Below are positions 8,438 through 17,951 of a stretch of DNA of 45,873 nucleotides, in pieces. Position numbers and translations under genes: made by a program. Numbering within the stretch: position 1 is the first letter of the stretch; each line of letters starts with the position of its first letter. This DNA is from Saliniramus sp. GTDB lineage: Bacteria > Pseudomonadota > Alphaproteobacteria > Rhizobiales > Beijerinckiaceae. Where the stretch lies: NCBI RefSeq assembly GCF_035311605.1, contig NZ_DATGCW010000115.1, positions 1 through 45,873 of the forward strand, in the 5' to 3' direction. The notes under the pieces are model-generated. The model did not search any database, had not been told where the DNA came from, and saw nothing but the letters and a program-made list of their open reading frames with translations.

Positions 8438-9214
8438 CTACCCGCTCGGCTCGGTGAACCGGGCCGTCAGCGCGGCGCCAGCACGGTCAATGCCGAGATA
8501 GAGCAGCACGGTAAAGGCCGCGAGGACGAACAGAGCGGCGAACATCAGATCCGTCTGCGCCCGGCCATTGGCGAGCAGCATCAGATAGCCGAGCCCCTTG
8601 GAGGCCCCCACCCATTCCCCGATCACCGCCCCGAACGGCGCATAGACCGCCGCCAGCCGCAGGCCCGAGGCGAGCGACGGCAGCGCCTGCGGCGCGCGCA
8701 GCAGGAAGATCGCACGGTTGGGCGAAGCCCCCATCACCTGCGCCAGATCGAGCCAGCCGCGCGGCGTACGCGTCAGCCCGTCGAAGAAGGAGGAGGCGAC
8801 GGGGAAATAGATGATCAGGATCACCATCACGATCTTCGAACCCATGCCGTAGCCGAGCCAGAGCGTCAGGATCGGCGCGAGCGCAAAGATCGGAATTGCC
8901 TGTGCGAAGACGAGGATCGGACGCATCACCAGGCGCGCCAGCGGCGACATGGCAAGCTGCAGCGCCGTCACGACACCAAGCGTGGCGCCAAGCACGAGGC
9001 CGATCAGGATCTGCGCGAAGGTGATCCAGGCATTGTCGAGAATGATTGTGCGAGAGCTGACCAGTGCCCGCCAGACCCGCTCGGGACCGGGCAGGATGAA
9101 ATGCGGCACGCCCGTGCCCCAGACGATGCCCTGCCACAGGGCAAGCGCGAAGGCCAAGACGGCGAGCCCGCGCAGGAACGGAGCGCTGCGGCGCAACGTA
9201 AGGGGCCCCATCAC
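8438..9214 (-). CDS. ABC transporter permease, thiamine-precursor (ThiX/SsuC-like)
   Basis: ILPGPERV, multiple TMs, EAA-loop-like LAQVMGAS, GEWVGASKGLG. Confidence 0.9.
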   Translation of the reverse strand: MMGPLTLRRSAPFLRGLAVLAFALALWQGIVWGTGVPHFILPGPERVWRALVSSRTIILDNAWITFAQILIGLVLGATLGVVTALQLAMSPLARLVMRPILVFAQAIPIFALAPILTLWLGYGMGSKIVMVILIIYFPVASSFFDGLTRTPRGWLDLAQVMGASPNRAIFLLRAPQALPSLASGLRLAAVYAPFGAVIGEWVGASKGLGYLMLLANGRAQTDLMFAALFVLAAFTVLLYLGIDRAGAALTARFTEPSG

Positions 9215-10014
9215 GCCCCCTCCCCGGCGCGTTCCGGGACACCCGGATCGCGGGCCCGCAAACGCCTGAACAAAGCTGCCTGTGCGCTCAGAAAGGCCGG
9301 ATCCTCGAGATCGCGCACCGGCGGCGTCTGCGGCAAGTCCAGCGCCTCGAGCCCGCGCGCATGCATCAGCCAGGCGGCATGCGACAGCCGCGCGGCCTCC
9401 GCCGGCTCATGCGTGACGAGCAGCACCGTGCGCCCGGTGAGCAAGGCTCCGGCGAGCTCCTGCATCTGCGCGCGCATGCGCGCATCCAGTGCTGAAAATG
9501 GCTCGTCAAGCAGGATCACCGGACGATCCTCCATCAGGGTGCGCGCGAGAGCGGCGCGCTGGCGCTGACCGCCCGAGAGCATATGCGGGCGCTTGTGCGC
9601 GTGATCGGCGAGGCCGACGCGCTCCAGGAGCGCCATGGCGCGATCACGGTCGGCCCGTGCGCCGCGCAGGGTCGCGCCGATGGTGACATTGCCGAGAATG
9701 TCGCGCCACGGCACCAGCAGATCGCTCTGCGCCATCAGCGCCACCCGCCCTGAGAGCGGCAGCCCGTCGCTCACGCGCACCTCTCCGACGAAGCGCACAC
9801 CCGTCTCCAGCCCCGCAATCACCCGCAGCAGCGTCGATTTCCCCACGCCGGACGCCCCGAGCAGACCCGTCCAGCGCCCGGCAGGCAGGGTCAGCGTCAG
9901 CGGCGCGAAGAGCAGCGCCTCGCCGGAATGGCCTTCACCCGTGAGCGTGATGCCGGGAGCGGACGCAGCGCCCGCCCCCGTCTTCGTCTGCGCTGATGCG
10001 CCGGGCATCGTCAC
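9211..10014 (-). CDS. ABC transporter ATP-binding protein (ThiZ-like)
   Basis: Walker A GASGVGKS, signature LSGGQ, Walker B LLDEPF, VTH. Confidence 0.92.
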   Translation of the reverse strand: MTMPGASAQTKTGAGAASAPGITLTGEGHSGEALLFAPLTLTLPAGRWTGLLGASGVGKSTLLRVIAGLETGVRFVGEVRVSDGLPLSGRVALMAQSDLLVPWRDILGNVTIGATLRGARADRDRAMALLERVGLADHAHKRPHMLSGGQRQRAALARTLMEDRPVILLDEPFSALDARMRAQMQELAGALLTGRTVLLVTHEPAEAARLSHAAWLMHARGLEALDLPQTPPVRDLEDPAFLSAQAALFRRLRARDPGVPERAGEGA

Positions 10015-11003
10015 GGACGCGTCACATCGATGGCGAGGCGCTCGACCGGGTGGATCTCGGGGATCATCCCGGACTCGTGCAGGAACGCCTCGAAATCGGC
10101 ATAGCGCCCGTAATCAAAGGCTGCGGGGCGGCTGGCGAAACGCGGATAGGTATCGCCCCAGGCACGGATATTCAGCTCTGTGCGCAGTTCGTCGGACGTC
10201 GCCGCGAAGATCTCCCAGGCATCTTCCGGATTGTTGAGAATGTAATGCGTGGCGCGCTCCGTCGCCGTGAGGAAGCGGGCGATCACGTCCTTGTCCATGG
10301 TTTCCGGATTGGCCACGTAGATCAGCTCGTCATAGGCGGGAATGCCTTCTTCCTCTGGGTTGAAGCAGCGCCCGGCCGTGCCCTCGATCTCGAGCTGGTT
10401 GAGCTCGAAATTGCGAAACGCCCCGATCACCCCGTCGACCTGGCCGCTCATCAGCGCCGGCGAGATCGACCAGCCGATATTGATCTGCTCGACATCCTCG
10501 CCGCTCATGCCGTGATGGGCGAGCATGGCTTCAAGCATCACCTCCTGAATTCCGGCCACGGCGAAACCGACCTTGCCGCCGGCGAGATCGGTCATCTCCC
10601 GGATCGGGCCGTCAGCAAGGACGACGAGGCAGGTCAGGGGCGTCGAGACGAGGGTGCCCACGCGCACCAGCGGCATGCCCTGATGCAAGTTGAGATGCAG
10701 CTGCGGTTGATACGATATAGCGATATCGGCGCGCCCCGCCGCTACCATGCGCGGCGGATCGGTCGGATCGGCCGGTGCCACCACATCGACCTCGAGCCCG
10801 GCTTCCGCGAAATAGCCGAGTTCCTCGGCAAGGATGATCGGGCCGTGATCGGGATTGACGAACCAGTCGAGGATCACCTCGATCCGATCCTGCGCAGCGG
10901 CGGGCGTGATCGTGGCGACCGACAGCATCAGGGATGCGGCGAGCGCGCCGGCGAGAGCGGGGAGAGTTTTCTTCTTCAAGGCATGCATAATGATATCATC
11001 CAT
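10011..11003 (-). CDS. ABC substrate-binding protein, NMT1/THI5 (ThiY-like, HMP precursor)
   Basis: Signal peptide, LDWFVNPDH, SYQPQL and GAFRNFE motifs; downstream of a TPP riboswitch. Start is ATG 11003 or 10988. Confidence 0.88.
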   Translation of the reverse strand: MDDIIMHALKKKTLPALAGALAASLMLSVATITPAAAQDRIEVILDWFVNPDHGPIILAEELGYFAEAGLEVDVVAPADPTDPPRMVAAGRADIAISYQPQLHLNLHQGMPLVRVGTLVSTPLTCLVVLADGPIREMTDLAGGKVGFAVAGIQEVMLEAMLAHHGMSGEDVEQINIGWSISPALMSGQVDGVIGAFRNFELNQLEIEGTAGRCFNPEEEGIPAYDELIYVANPETMDKDVIARFLTATERATHYILNNPEDAWEIFAATSDELRTELNIRAWGDTYPRFASRPAAFDYGRYADFEAFLHESGMIPEIHPVERLAIDVTRP

Positions 11004-11154
11004 CTGTCGGGAATCTGCAGGCTGATCCGGAAGCAAGCTGCATCGGTGGCAGCGGCGTGAGCGCCTCCGTGATGCGCACGGATGGCGACGCGCCGGCCCC
11101 GGGCCTTGCGCCCGTCACCGTGCGGATGATCGATCTGTATCTGGCACAAACCAT
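10996..11154 (-). CDS. Putative 52-aa leader/upstream ORF between the TPP riboswitch and thiY-like gene
   Basis: GAGGAG SD (11160-11165), ATG at 11154, MVCARYRSIIRT...RFPTDG*; its last codons overlap the SBP ATG (ATGGATGA). Confidence 0.45.
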   Translation of the reverse strand: MVCARYRSIIRTVTGARPGAGASPSVRITEALTPLPPMQLASGSACRFPTDG

Positions 11155-11220
11155 CTGCACTCCTCGCGCCGGCCATGCGCACGAAGAGACAGGTCAGATG
11201 ACGAATGATCGTCGAAGAGC

Positions 11221-11304
11221 CCGTTCCCTACGCCGGCATTGCCCGGATCAGGTTCGATGGGTTGGCGCATCACGCCTCTCAGCCCTCCCGGGCACCCCAA
11301 CGGC
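11221..11304 (-). ncRNA. TPP riboswitch (THI element)
   Basis: Minus strand GGGGTGC...GCTGAGA...ACCCATCGAACCTGATCCGGGCAATGCCGGCGTAGGGA matches the canonical aptamer. Confidence 0.95.
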
Positions 11305-11311
11305 AGGTGTG

Positions 11312-11340
11312 ACGTTAACGGGACCAAATGCGAACCGCAA
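11312..11340 (-). promoter_or_regulatory. Sigma70-type promoter for the thi leader
   Basis: TTGCGG-N17-TAACGT ending 7 nt before the aptamer. Confidence 0.55.
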
Positions 11341-11688
11341 GAGCGCGCATGAAGAACGCGCAGCGAGATTTCGCAGCGAGGCCGACACATCCCGGACCGC
11401 CCGCGCCACACAATCGAGAATGCACAGTCTTCCGGCAATTACACCGAAAAACAAGCGGTTCTATTAATTTGCATAAATAATCAGAAAACACTTCGGCGCC
11501 TATTCTTTCGGTGTTTCCGGGGCAGGCCCTGTCGTCGCATGGCGGCCCCCGCGGAAACACGTATGGTTCGTCCGCCCTGTCACGGACAAAGGGGGGCGGA
11601 GCCGGCAATCATCCGCCCCCCGCCGCACAATGGCTCCGAGACGGGCCATGCGGATCACCTGAACATGGACCAGCCCGAGGCAGAACCG

Positions 11689-12576
11689 ATGGATCAGCAA
11701 GTACGGATCACGAGCCATGATCTGCCTGATCGCCCTCTTCGCCCTGTTCGCCGGGCGACGGCAACAGGAGCCGCCATGGGCGACAAAGCGCCCGGAAAAC
11801 GCATCGGACCGGTGTCGACGACCGAGTTGGAACTGTTCTATCAACCGCAGGTCGCGCGTCTCGACAACCGGGTGATTTCGGTCGAAGCCCTGCTGCGCCG
11901 CAAGCATCCGCATGAAGGATGGCTCGGCCCCCGGGAAGTTCTGGATCTGCTGCACAAGCCAGGCGAATTGCGGGCACTGGACTGGTGGGTTCTGGAACGC
12001 GCCTGTCGCGACGCCCGGGCCTGGCCCGGCCTCAGCGTCAGCGTGAACATCTGCGCCCCGCATTTCGCACAGACCGGCTTCGCCGAAGAGGCGATCGCCC
12101 GGATCGACGCCTCAGGACTCGCCCGTGATCACGTGGAGCTCGAACTGGTCGAAAACGCCTATATTCGCGATTTCGAACACGCTGCGGCGAATATCGCGAT
12201 TTTGCGCAAGGCGGGCATCAGGATTGCACTCGACGATTTCGGCACCGGCTATTCAAGTCTGACCTATCTGATGAACCTCACGATGGACAAGGTGAAGATC
12301 GACAAATCCTTCATCAAGGACATTCATCTGATGCGTTCGGCGGCGATCGTCCAATCCATCGTGGCGCTATCGCGATCACTGGGCATGCGCGTGACGGCGG
12401 AGGGGGTAGAGACGCAGGAACAACACAATATCCTGCGCGCATCCGGCTGCCACTTTCTCCAGGGGTTTCTGTTCTCACACCCGGTCAGCGCCGAAGACAT
12501 CACCGCACTGATTGCCGATTCGCGCGGCATGGCGATCATGCCGGCCAGTGCGAACGCCGCCGATCAGCGCCCCTGA
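11689..12576 (+). CDS. Stand-alone EAL-domain c-di-GMP phosphodiesterase
   Basis: YQP, EALLR, SVN, ELELVE, DDFGTG, KID, EGVE and QG motifs all present; start uncertain (11665 or 11689). Confidence 0.88.
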   Translation: MDQQVRITSHDLPDRPLRPVRRATATGAAMGDKAPGKRIGPVSTTELELFYQPQVARLDNRVISVEALLRRKHPHEGWLGPREVLDLLHKPGELRALDWWVLERACRDARAWPGLSVSVNICAPHFAQTGFAEEAIARIDASGLARDHVELELVENAYIRDFEHAAANIAILRKAGIRIALDDFGTGYSSLTYLMNLTMDKVKIDKSFIKDIHLMRSAAIVQSIVALSRSLGMRVTAEGVETQEQHNILRASGCHFLQGFLFSHPVSAEDITALIADSRGMAIMPASANAADQRP

Positions 12577-14720
12577 CGCAAGAATGCCCCGAGTGCGGCA
12601 TTGACATCCACGATCTCCTCCGCGATCGCTTCGGCCTCGCCCGCCGTGATGACCGCCCCGCCTTCCCTTGCGCCGTTTTCGCAGTCCGAGAGCACGCGCG
12701 CGAGTTCCGCCGCACCGACATTCAGGCTGATCGAGCGCAGCGCATGGGATGCTGCGGCCAGGCGCTCGGCATTGCGTGCTTCGACCGCTTCACGCAGTTC
12801 CGCCAGCCGCCTTTGCGATTCGCTGGCAAACAGCCCCACCACCCGCTCGGCAATCACCTTTGACCCGCCGGCAGCATCGATCAGATCTTCCAGAACCGCC
12901 GGATCGATCGGCCCGTCCGCCGGGTCAGCTGCGGCCTGCGGAGATCCGGTTTGCGGCACATCCGTCCGTTCAGCCGATTCTGACGCGGCGTGGCCCGCCT
13001 GCCGACGCTCAGCCGGCAGATGGCGCATCAGGATCTCCTGCAATTGCGAAAGCGTGAAGGGTTTCGACAATGCCGCATCCATACCCGCCTCGCGCCAGGC
13101 CTGCGCCTGCGCACCGACCACATGCGCGGTGAGCGCCACGATCGAAACCGGCGCGCGCCTGCCGCGCCTCGCGGGCGCGGATTTCGCGGGTCGCCGCATA
13201 GCCGTCGAGGCCGGGCATCCAGCCATCCATCAGCACCAGATCGTACCCAGCCCCGTCCAGCGCGGCCACGGCTTCATGCCCGTCCCGCAAACAATCGGGG
13301 GCTAGACCGAAGCGCCCGAATGCTGCGCGCCCCACCGCCAGATTGGTCTCGCTGTCATCGGCCACGAGCACCCGGGCAGCCGAGAGATCCGGCTGCGCGA
13401 TCTGCGCCACTGCAGTTTCCTGCCCGGATGTCAAAATCGCGCAGCCGGGCAGGGTGAACCGAAAACACGTGCCCTCCCCCTCTACGCTCTCCAGTTCCAT
13501 CACGCCGCCCATCCCCTCGACGAGGTGCCGCGCAATGGAGAGGCCGAGCCCGGTCCCGCCATAGCTGCGATGGGTCGTCTGGTCGGCCCGGGTGAAGACT
13601 TCGAAGATCGCATCCTGCTTGTCAGGCAGGATGCCGATCCCGCTGTCGCGCACCGTGAAGCAGACCCGTTGCGCATCATCCGGCAGCGGCGCGACGCGGA
13701 TCCCGACCGTGCCTTCGCCCGTGAACTTGATGGCGTTCGAGACGAGGTTGGAGACGACCTGTCCCAACCGCACCGGATCCGCCATGACTCCACGTCCCGG
13801 TTCGAGCGCGTTCTCGCAGGTGAATGCCAGCCCCTTCCCGCGCGCCGCATCGCCATGGAGCGCATGCACCGCTGCGATCGTCTCGCCGGGATCATGCGGC
13901 CCGGGCACGATGTCGAGCTTGCCGGCCTCAATTTTCGGGAAATCCAGGATGTCGTTGATGATGGCAAGCAGATTGCGCCCTGATCGCACGATCATCTGAG
14001 CCTTGTGCCGTTCCGCATCCGCAAGGCGCCCTTCGGCGAGGAGTTCGGCCATGACCAGCACCCCGTTCATCGACGTGCGGATTTCATGGCTCATGGTGGC
14101 GAGGAACGAGGATTTCGCCGCATTGGCCGCATCGGCCTCGGCAGCGGCGCGCTGGTAATCGGCGGTGCGTTCGCGCACCTTCTACTCCAGATCCGCACGA
14201 TGGCGCGCGAATGCGGCGTCGCGCTGGGCGATATCGGCGATCATCCGGTTGAAACCGGCGATCAGCCGCAATTCCCCGTTCTCTCTGCCGCCGCGTGTCA
14301 CCGGGGTCACGATCGCGATGGTCTGCGCGAAAAACATATCCTGCAGGGCGAGCGGCACATCTGGCCCCTCCAGGACCGACCTCGGCCAGCATTTCCGTGT
14401 GCCCGCTATGCGCCATGATCCGGCCATCCGAATCGCGGATAGCGACGTGAACGAGCCCGTCGATACGTCCCACCGCGGCGAGCGCTGATTACACGGTACG
14501 ATCATCCCCGTGCCGCATGCCCTCCGCAGCCGCCCTGGCGAGTACATTGGCTTGAGCGACGAGAACATCGCGCTTGGCCTCACCATAGCGAACCGGTTCG
14601 TTCCAGCTGGCGAAAACGAGGGCGAAGGCCTGGGCAGCCGCGATCGCGATGGCGATGGCGATCATCAGCAGCAGGCGGGTACGGATCGTCGTTCCGGATG
14701 AGCGGATTATGCGCCGATCA
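12564..14720 (-). pseudogene. Hybrid sensor histidine kinase (TM/periplasmic sensor-HAMP-HisKA-HATPase-REC-Hpt), disrupted
   Basis: Fragments in several frames. In-frame TAA at 14489-14491, frameshift near 14380, in-frame TAG at 14182-14184 (ADLE*KVRERT), frameshift near 13170. Altered motifs SHEIRTSMNG and DFPKIEAG; Hpt SHALRS. 5' end approximate. Confidence 0.88.
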
Positions 14721-14799
14721 TGGCCACAACCCCTAAGATTTCTTATGCAGATGGCCTCCCGCAATCGCAAAAATCCATCTCGAAGCATTGAGCGCGCAA

Positions 14800-14904
14800 T
14801 AGAGCGCATTCCGACCTGACGGAGTCAGGCCGGGCGCTCCAGGTCATTGTCTGGCGCATCATTTCTCCCGTCAGCCGGTATCCACCTGACTGCATGATGC
14901 TCTA
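14800..14904. repeat. RIME/Bru-RS-like two-hairpin intergenic palindromic element (about 105 bp)
   Basis: Ends TAGAGC...GCTCTA. Hairpin 1: GAGCGC..CCGACCTGAC-GGA-GTCAGGCCGG.GCGCTC. Hairpin 2: GCATCAT..GTCAG-CCGGTATCCAC-CTGAC..ATGATGC. Confidence 0.8.
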
Positions 14905-15030
14905 ATGAATCAACGCATCTTACGTTTCGCCAGTTGCGCTCAATTGCTTGCAAAACGATCAATCAATTCTTGTCGCAACTGCGTGAGAGACCATCGACAG
15001 CGCAACCGTGCTGTCATCGAGGAGACAGCC

Positions 15031-15894
15031 ATGCCGGCAATCGGCAAGATCACCTCGCTTTTCCGGGCGCCCTGAGGCAATCGGCTGCGCAAAGATACAG
15101 CCGGCAGCGTTGCCATTGTCGCAGCGCTTTCGCTGCCTCTGCTTGCCGCAATGGCCGGACTTGCGGTCGATCTGTCGCGCATGACGATGACCAAGGCGAG
15201 CCTCCAGAGCATCGCCGATCATCTGGCCCTCTCCGGCGCGCGTGAAATGCAGCTTCGCCAACGCAATCTCACCGCACTGGAAGCGTATCTGGAAGCGCGC
15301 GGACGAGACCATCTCGCAGAGCAGGGGCTCGTCGCCGATATCAGCGCTTTGATCGACGAGCTTGAACACAGTGTGCGCATCGTTTTCGAAGGCTGTCCCG
15401 AAACACTCTTCATCAAGGCTCTGCGTGGCGAGACCTCCGTTGTTTCCGTCGAGGCGGTCGCCATGTCGGTGGGCGCTGATTATCCGCTCTGCCTCGTGAG
15501 CCTGGATGAGAGCGCGCAGCACAGCATGCATTTTCAGCGGAGGCGATCATGGTCCGGGCGCCGGCAGAGGAACAGGCAACCCCCACAATCTCGTCTTGGA
15601 GGTTACGCGCGAGGCGCATATCGCGCTCACGGCACCGCGCATCGGCAACCTGGCCGGGCTGCTTCTGACCGGTCGCGGCCCTGATGGCGCAGACCAGCGC
15701 TACCATTTCGGCAGCGCACACGCATCGGTTCTGACGGGCACCATCTATCTCCCCAACGGGCGTTTCTCCGTGGGCTCCGGCGTCACCATCGCTGATCGCT
15801 CCCCCTTCACATCATCGTGGCGCAGCATTACACGCTGCAAAAGGAACCGGAACTCAGCTGCGAAGGCGAAACCGGAATCGTGCTCACCCGCTGA
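15031..15894 (+). pseudogene. TadG/TadE-like pilus-associated protein, disrupted
   Basis: GGAG SD and ATG 15031, in-frame TGA 15073-15075, then Tad N-terminus (DTAGSVAIVAALSLPLL..GLAVD..KASLQSIAD). A frame switch and deletion occur near 15530, followed by LTAPRIGNLAGL...GTIYLP, and another frameshift near 15810. Confidence 0.8.
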
Positions 15895-15920
15895 CGCGGA
15901 TGTTTGGAACACACGTTAAG

Positions 15921-15950
15921 GCGCCCGGTCCAACGGAATGGACCGGGCGC
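15921..15950 (-). terminator. Hairpin downstream of gabD
   Basis: Perfect 12-bp stem GCGCCCGGTCCA / TGGACCGGGCGC; weak U tract. Confidence 0.65.
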
Positions 15951-15975
15951 GAAGCCGATGAGGCGTGCATCCGCC

Positions 15976-17466
15976 TCAATCGATCCCGCCGAGGCAGAGG
16001 AATTTCATCTCGAGATAATCGTCGATCCCGTATTTCGAACCCTCGCGCCCGACGCCACTCTCCTTGACGCCGCCGAAGGGCGCGACTTCGTTGGAGAAGA
16101 CACCCACATTGATCGAGACGATCCCGTATTCGAGCGCCTCCCCCACACGCCAGACGCGGCCCACGTCGCGGGAATAGAAATAGGCGGCGAGGCCGAATTC
16201 GGTGTCGTTGGCCATGCGGATCGCCTCCGCCTCGTCCTTGAAGCGGAAGACCGGGGCGAGCGGCCCGAAGGTCTCCTCGCGGGCGACCTTCATCTGCGGC
16301 GTGACGTCCGAAAGCACGGTGGGCTTGTAGAAGCTGCCGCCCAGCGGGTGGCGTTCTCCGCCGGTGAGCACCTTCGCGCCCTTGCCGGTCGCATCCTTGA
16401 TATGATCCTCGACCTTGGCCACAGCCGCATCATCAATCAGCGGCCCGATCTGCGAGCCGTCCTCGAAACCATCCGCAACCTTCAGATTTTCGGTTGCGGC
16501 GGCGAGCTTTTTCACGAATGTATCGTAGACGCCGTCCTGCACGAGGATGCGGTTGGCGCAGACGCAGGTCTGCCCGGTATTGCGGAATTTCGAGGCGATC
16601 GCTCCCTCGACGGCGGCATCGACATCCGCATCGTCGAAGACGATGAACGGCGCGTTGCCACCCAGCTCCATCGAGACCTTCTTCACCGTGCCGGCGGAGG
16701 CCGCCATCAGCTGCTTGCCGACTTCCGTGGAGCCGGTGAAGGTGATCTTGCGCACGATCGGATTCGTCGTGAGCTCTTCACCGATCGCACTGGCGGAGCC
16801 GGTAACAACGCTGAACACGCCCTTCGGGATCCCGGCGCGCTCCCCGAGCTCGGCCAGAGCCAGCGCGGAGTAAGGCGTCGCGGAAGCCGGCTTGAGCACC
16901 ATGGTGCAGCCGGCGGCCAGCGCCGGGCCGGCCTTGCGCCCGATCATGGCATTTGGGAAATTCCACGGCGTGATGGCGCCGCACACGCCCACAGGCTGCT
17001 TGATCACCATCATCCGGCGCCCTGCCACGGGCGAGGGGATGGTGTCGCCGTAGACGCGCTTGCCTTCCTCGGCGAACCACTGGATGAAGCTCGCGCCATA
17101 GGCGATTTCACCACGCGCCTCCGCCAGCGGCTTACCGCCCTCCGCCGTCATGATGCGTGCCAGATCCTCCTGGTTTTCCATCATCAGGTCAAACCAACGG
17201 ATCAGAATGGCGTGGCGCTCCTTGGCGGTGCGCGCACGCCAGTCTACAAGGGCGCGCTCCGCCGCCTCGATCGCCCGCCGCGTCTCACCCTTGCCGCCCT
17301 TGGGAACGGTACCGATAACGGCGCCGGTTGCGGGATTGCGCACCTCAAGCGTCGCGGAATCATCAGCTCCGACCCAGGCGCCGTCAATGTAATTGGCCTG
17401 CCGCAACAGGCTCGAATCCTTCAATGCCAGCGGATTTTCTGTATTTACACCTGTTTTGGCGTCCAT
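15976..17466 (-). CDS. gabD: NAD(P)-dependent succinate-semialdehyde dehydrogenase
   Basis: ITPWNFP, FTGSTEVG, MELGGNAP, GQTCVC, EETFGP and PFGGVKESG motifs; GGAGG SD. Confidence 0.93.
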   Translation of the reverse strand: MDAKTGVNTENPLALKDSSLLRQANYIDGAWVGADDSATLEVRNPATGAVIGTVPKGGKGETRRAIEAAERALVDWRARTAKERHAILIRWFDLMMENQEDLARIMTAEGGKPLAEARGEIAYGASFIQWFAEEGKRVYGDTIPSPVAGRRMMVIKQPVGVCGAITPWNFPNAMIGRKAGPALAAGCTMVLKPASATPYSALALAELGERAGIPKGVFSVVTGSASAIGEELTTNPIVRKITFTGSTEVGKQLMAASAGTVKKVSMELGGNAPFIVFDDADVDAAVEGAIASKFRNTGQTCVCANRILVQDGVYDTFVKKLAAATENLKVADGFEDGSQIGPLIDDAAVAKVEDHIKDATGKGAKVLTGGERHPLGGSFYKPTVLSDVTPQMKVAREETFGPLAPVFRFKDEAEAIRMANDTEFGLAAYFYSRDVGRVWRVGEALEYGIVSINVGVFSNEVAPFGGVKESGVGREGSKYGIDDYLEMKFLCLGGID

Positions 17467-17604
17467 GATATCCTCCCCGCAAGGTCGCACAGCGCCTGTT
17501 ACGGCGCTGCACAAGCTGTTTTCTATGATTAACTTTTCGGCAACTTTTTATTGCACCGGTCGATTCAGCGTAGAGTGACTGCCGTCCCGACGCAAATGCC
17601 GTCG

Positions 17605-17805
17605 TCAATCGAGCTCTTTGCTCCAGGAATCGACCTGCTTTTCCGCCTCGTCACGGGCGATGCCGTAGCGCTCCTGAACCACGCCGACAAGTTGGTCGCG
17701 ACTGCCAGCGGCACGCTCGAGATCGTCATCGGTGAGTTCACCCCATTTTTCACGCGCCTTGCCGGTATATTGCTTCCACTGGCCCTTGATCTGATCCCAG
17801 TTCAT
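17605..17805 (-). CDS. CsbD family stress protein
   Basis: MNWDQIKGQWKQYTGKAREKWGELTDDDL...G.RDQLVG.VQERYG. Confidence 0.92.
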   Translation of the reverse strand: MNWDQIKGQWKQYTGKAREKWGELTDDDLERAAGSRDQLVGVVQERYGIARDEAEKQVDSWSKELD

Positions 17806-17892
17806 GTCTCTCTCCATCAATGCTCGTTGTCGCGCAGGAGCCGGTTTTCATGGCTCGCACGGGCGGCGTCATCCGCTGCCTGTCGCATCAAC

Positions 17893-17918
17893 AACGGGCT
17901 CGCATGCGTCACGGTTCC
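17893..17918 (-). promoter_or_regulatory. EcfG/RpoE2 (general stress sigma) promoter of csbD
   Basis: GGAAC-N17-CGTT, the exact alphaproteobacterial EcfG consensus. Confidence 0.75.
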
Positions 17919-17951
17919 AGCCGCGCGCGATAATGCATCGCGGAATGCGCG

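Noticed and set aside
11441-11514. Inverted repeat ACACCGAAA...TTTCGGTGT upstream of the EAL gene as a c-di-GMP riboswitch
   Set aside because: It lacks the GEMM-I/II consensus elements and is only a 9-bp arm pair with a long loop.
12564-15894. Programmed frameshifting or stop read-through (Sec/Pyl) in the kinase and TadG-like genes
   Set aside because: All three stop types occur together with several frameshifts, deletions and damaged conserved motifs; ordinary decay is the simpler explanation.
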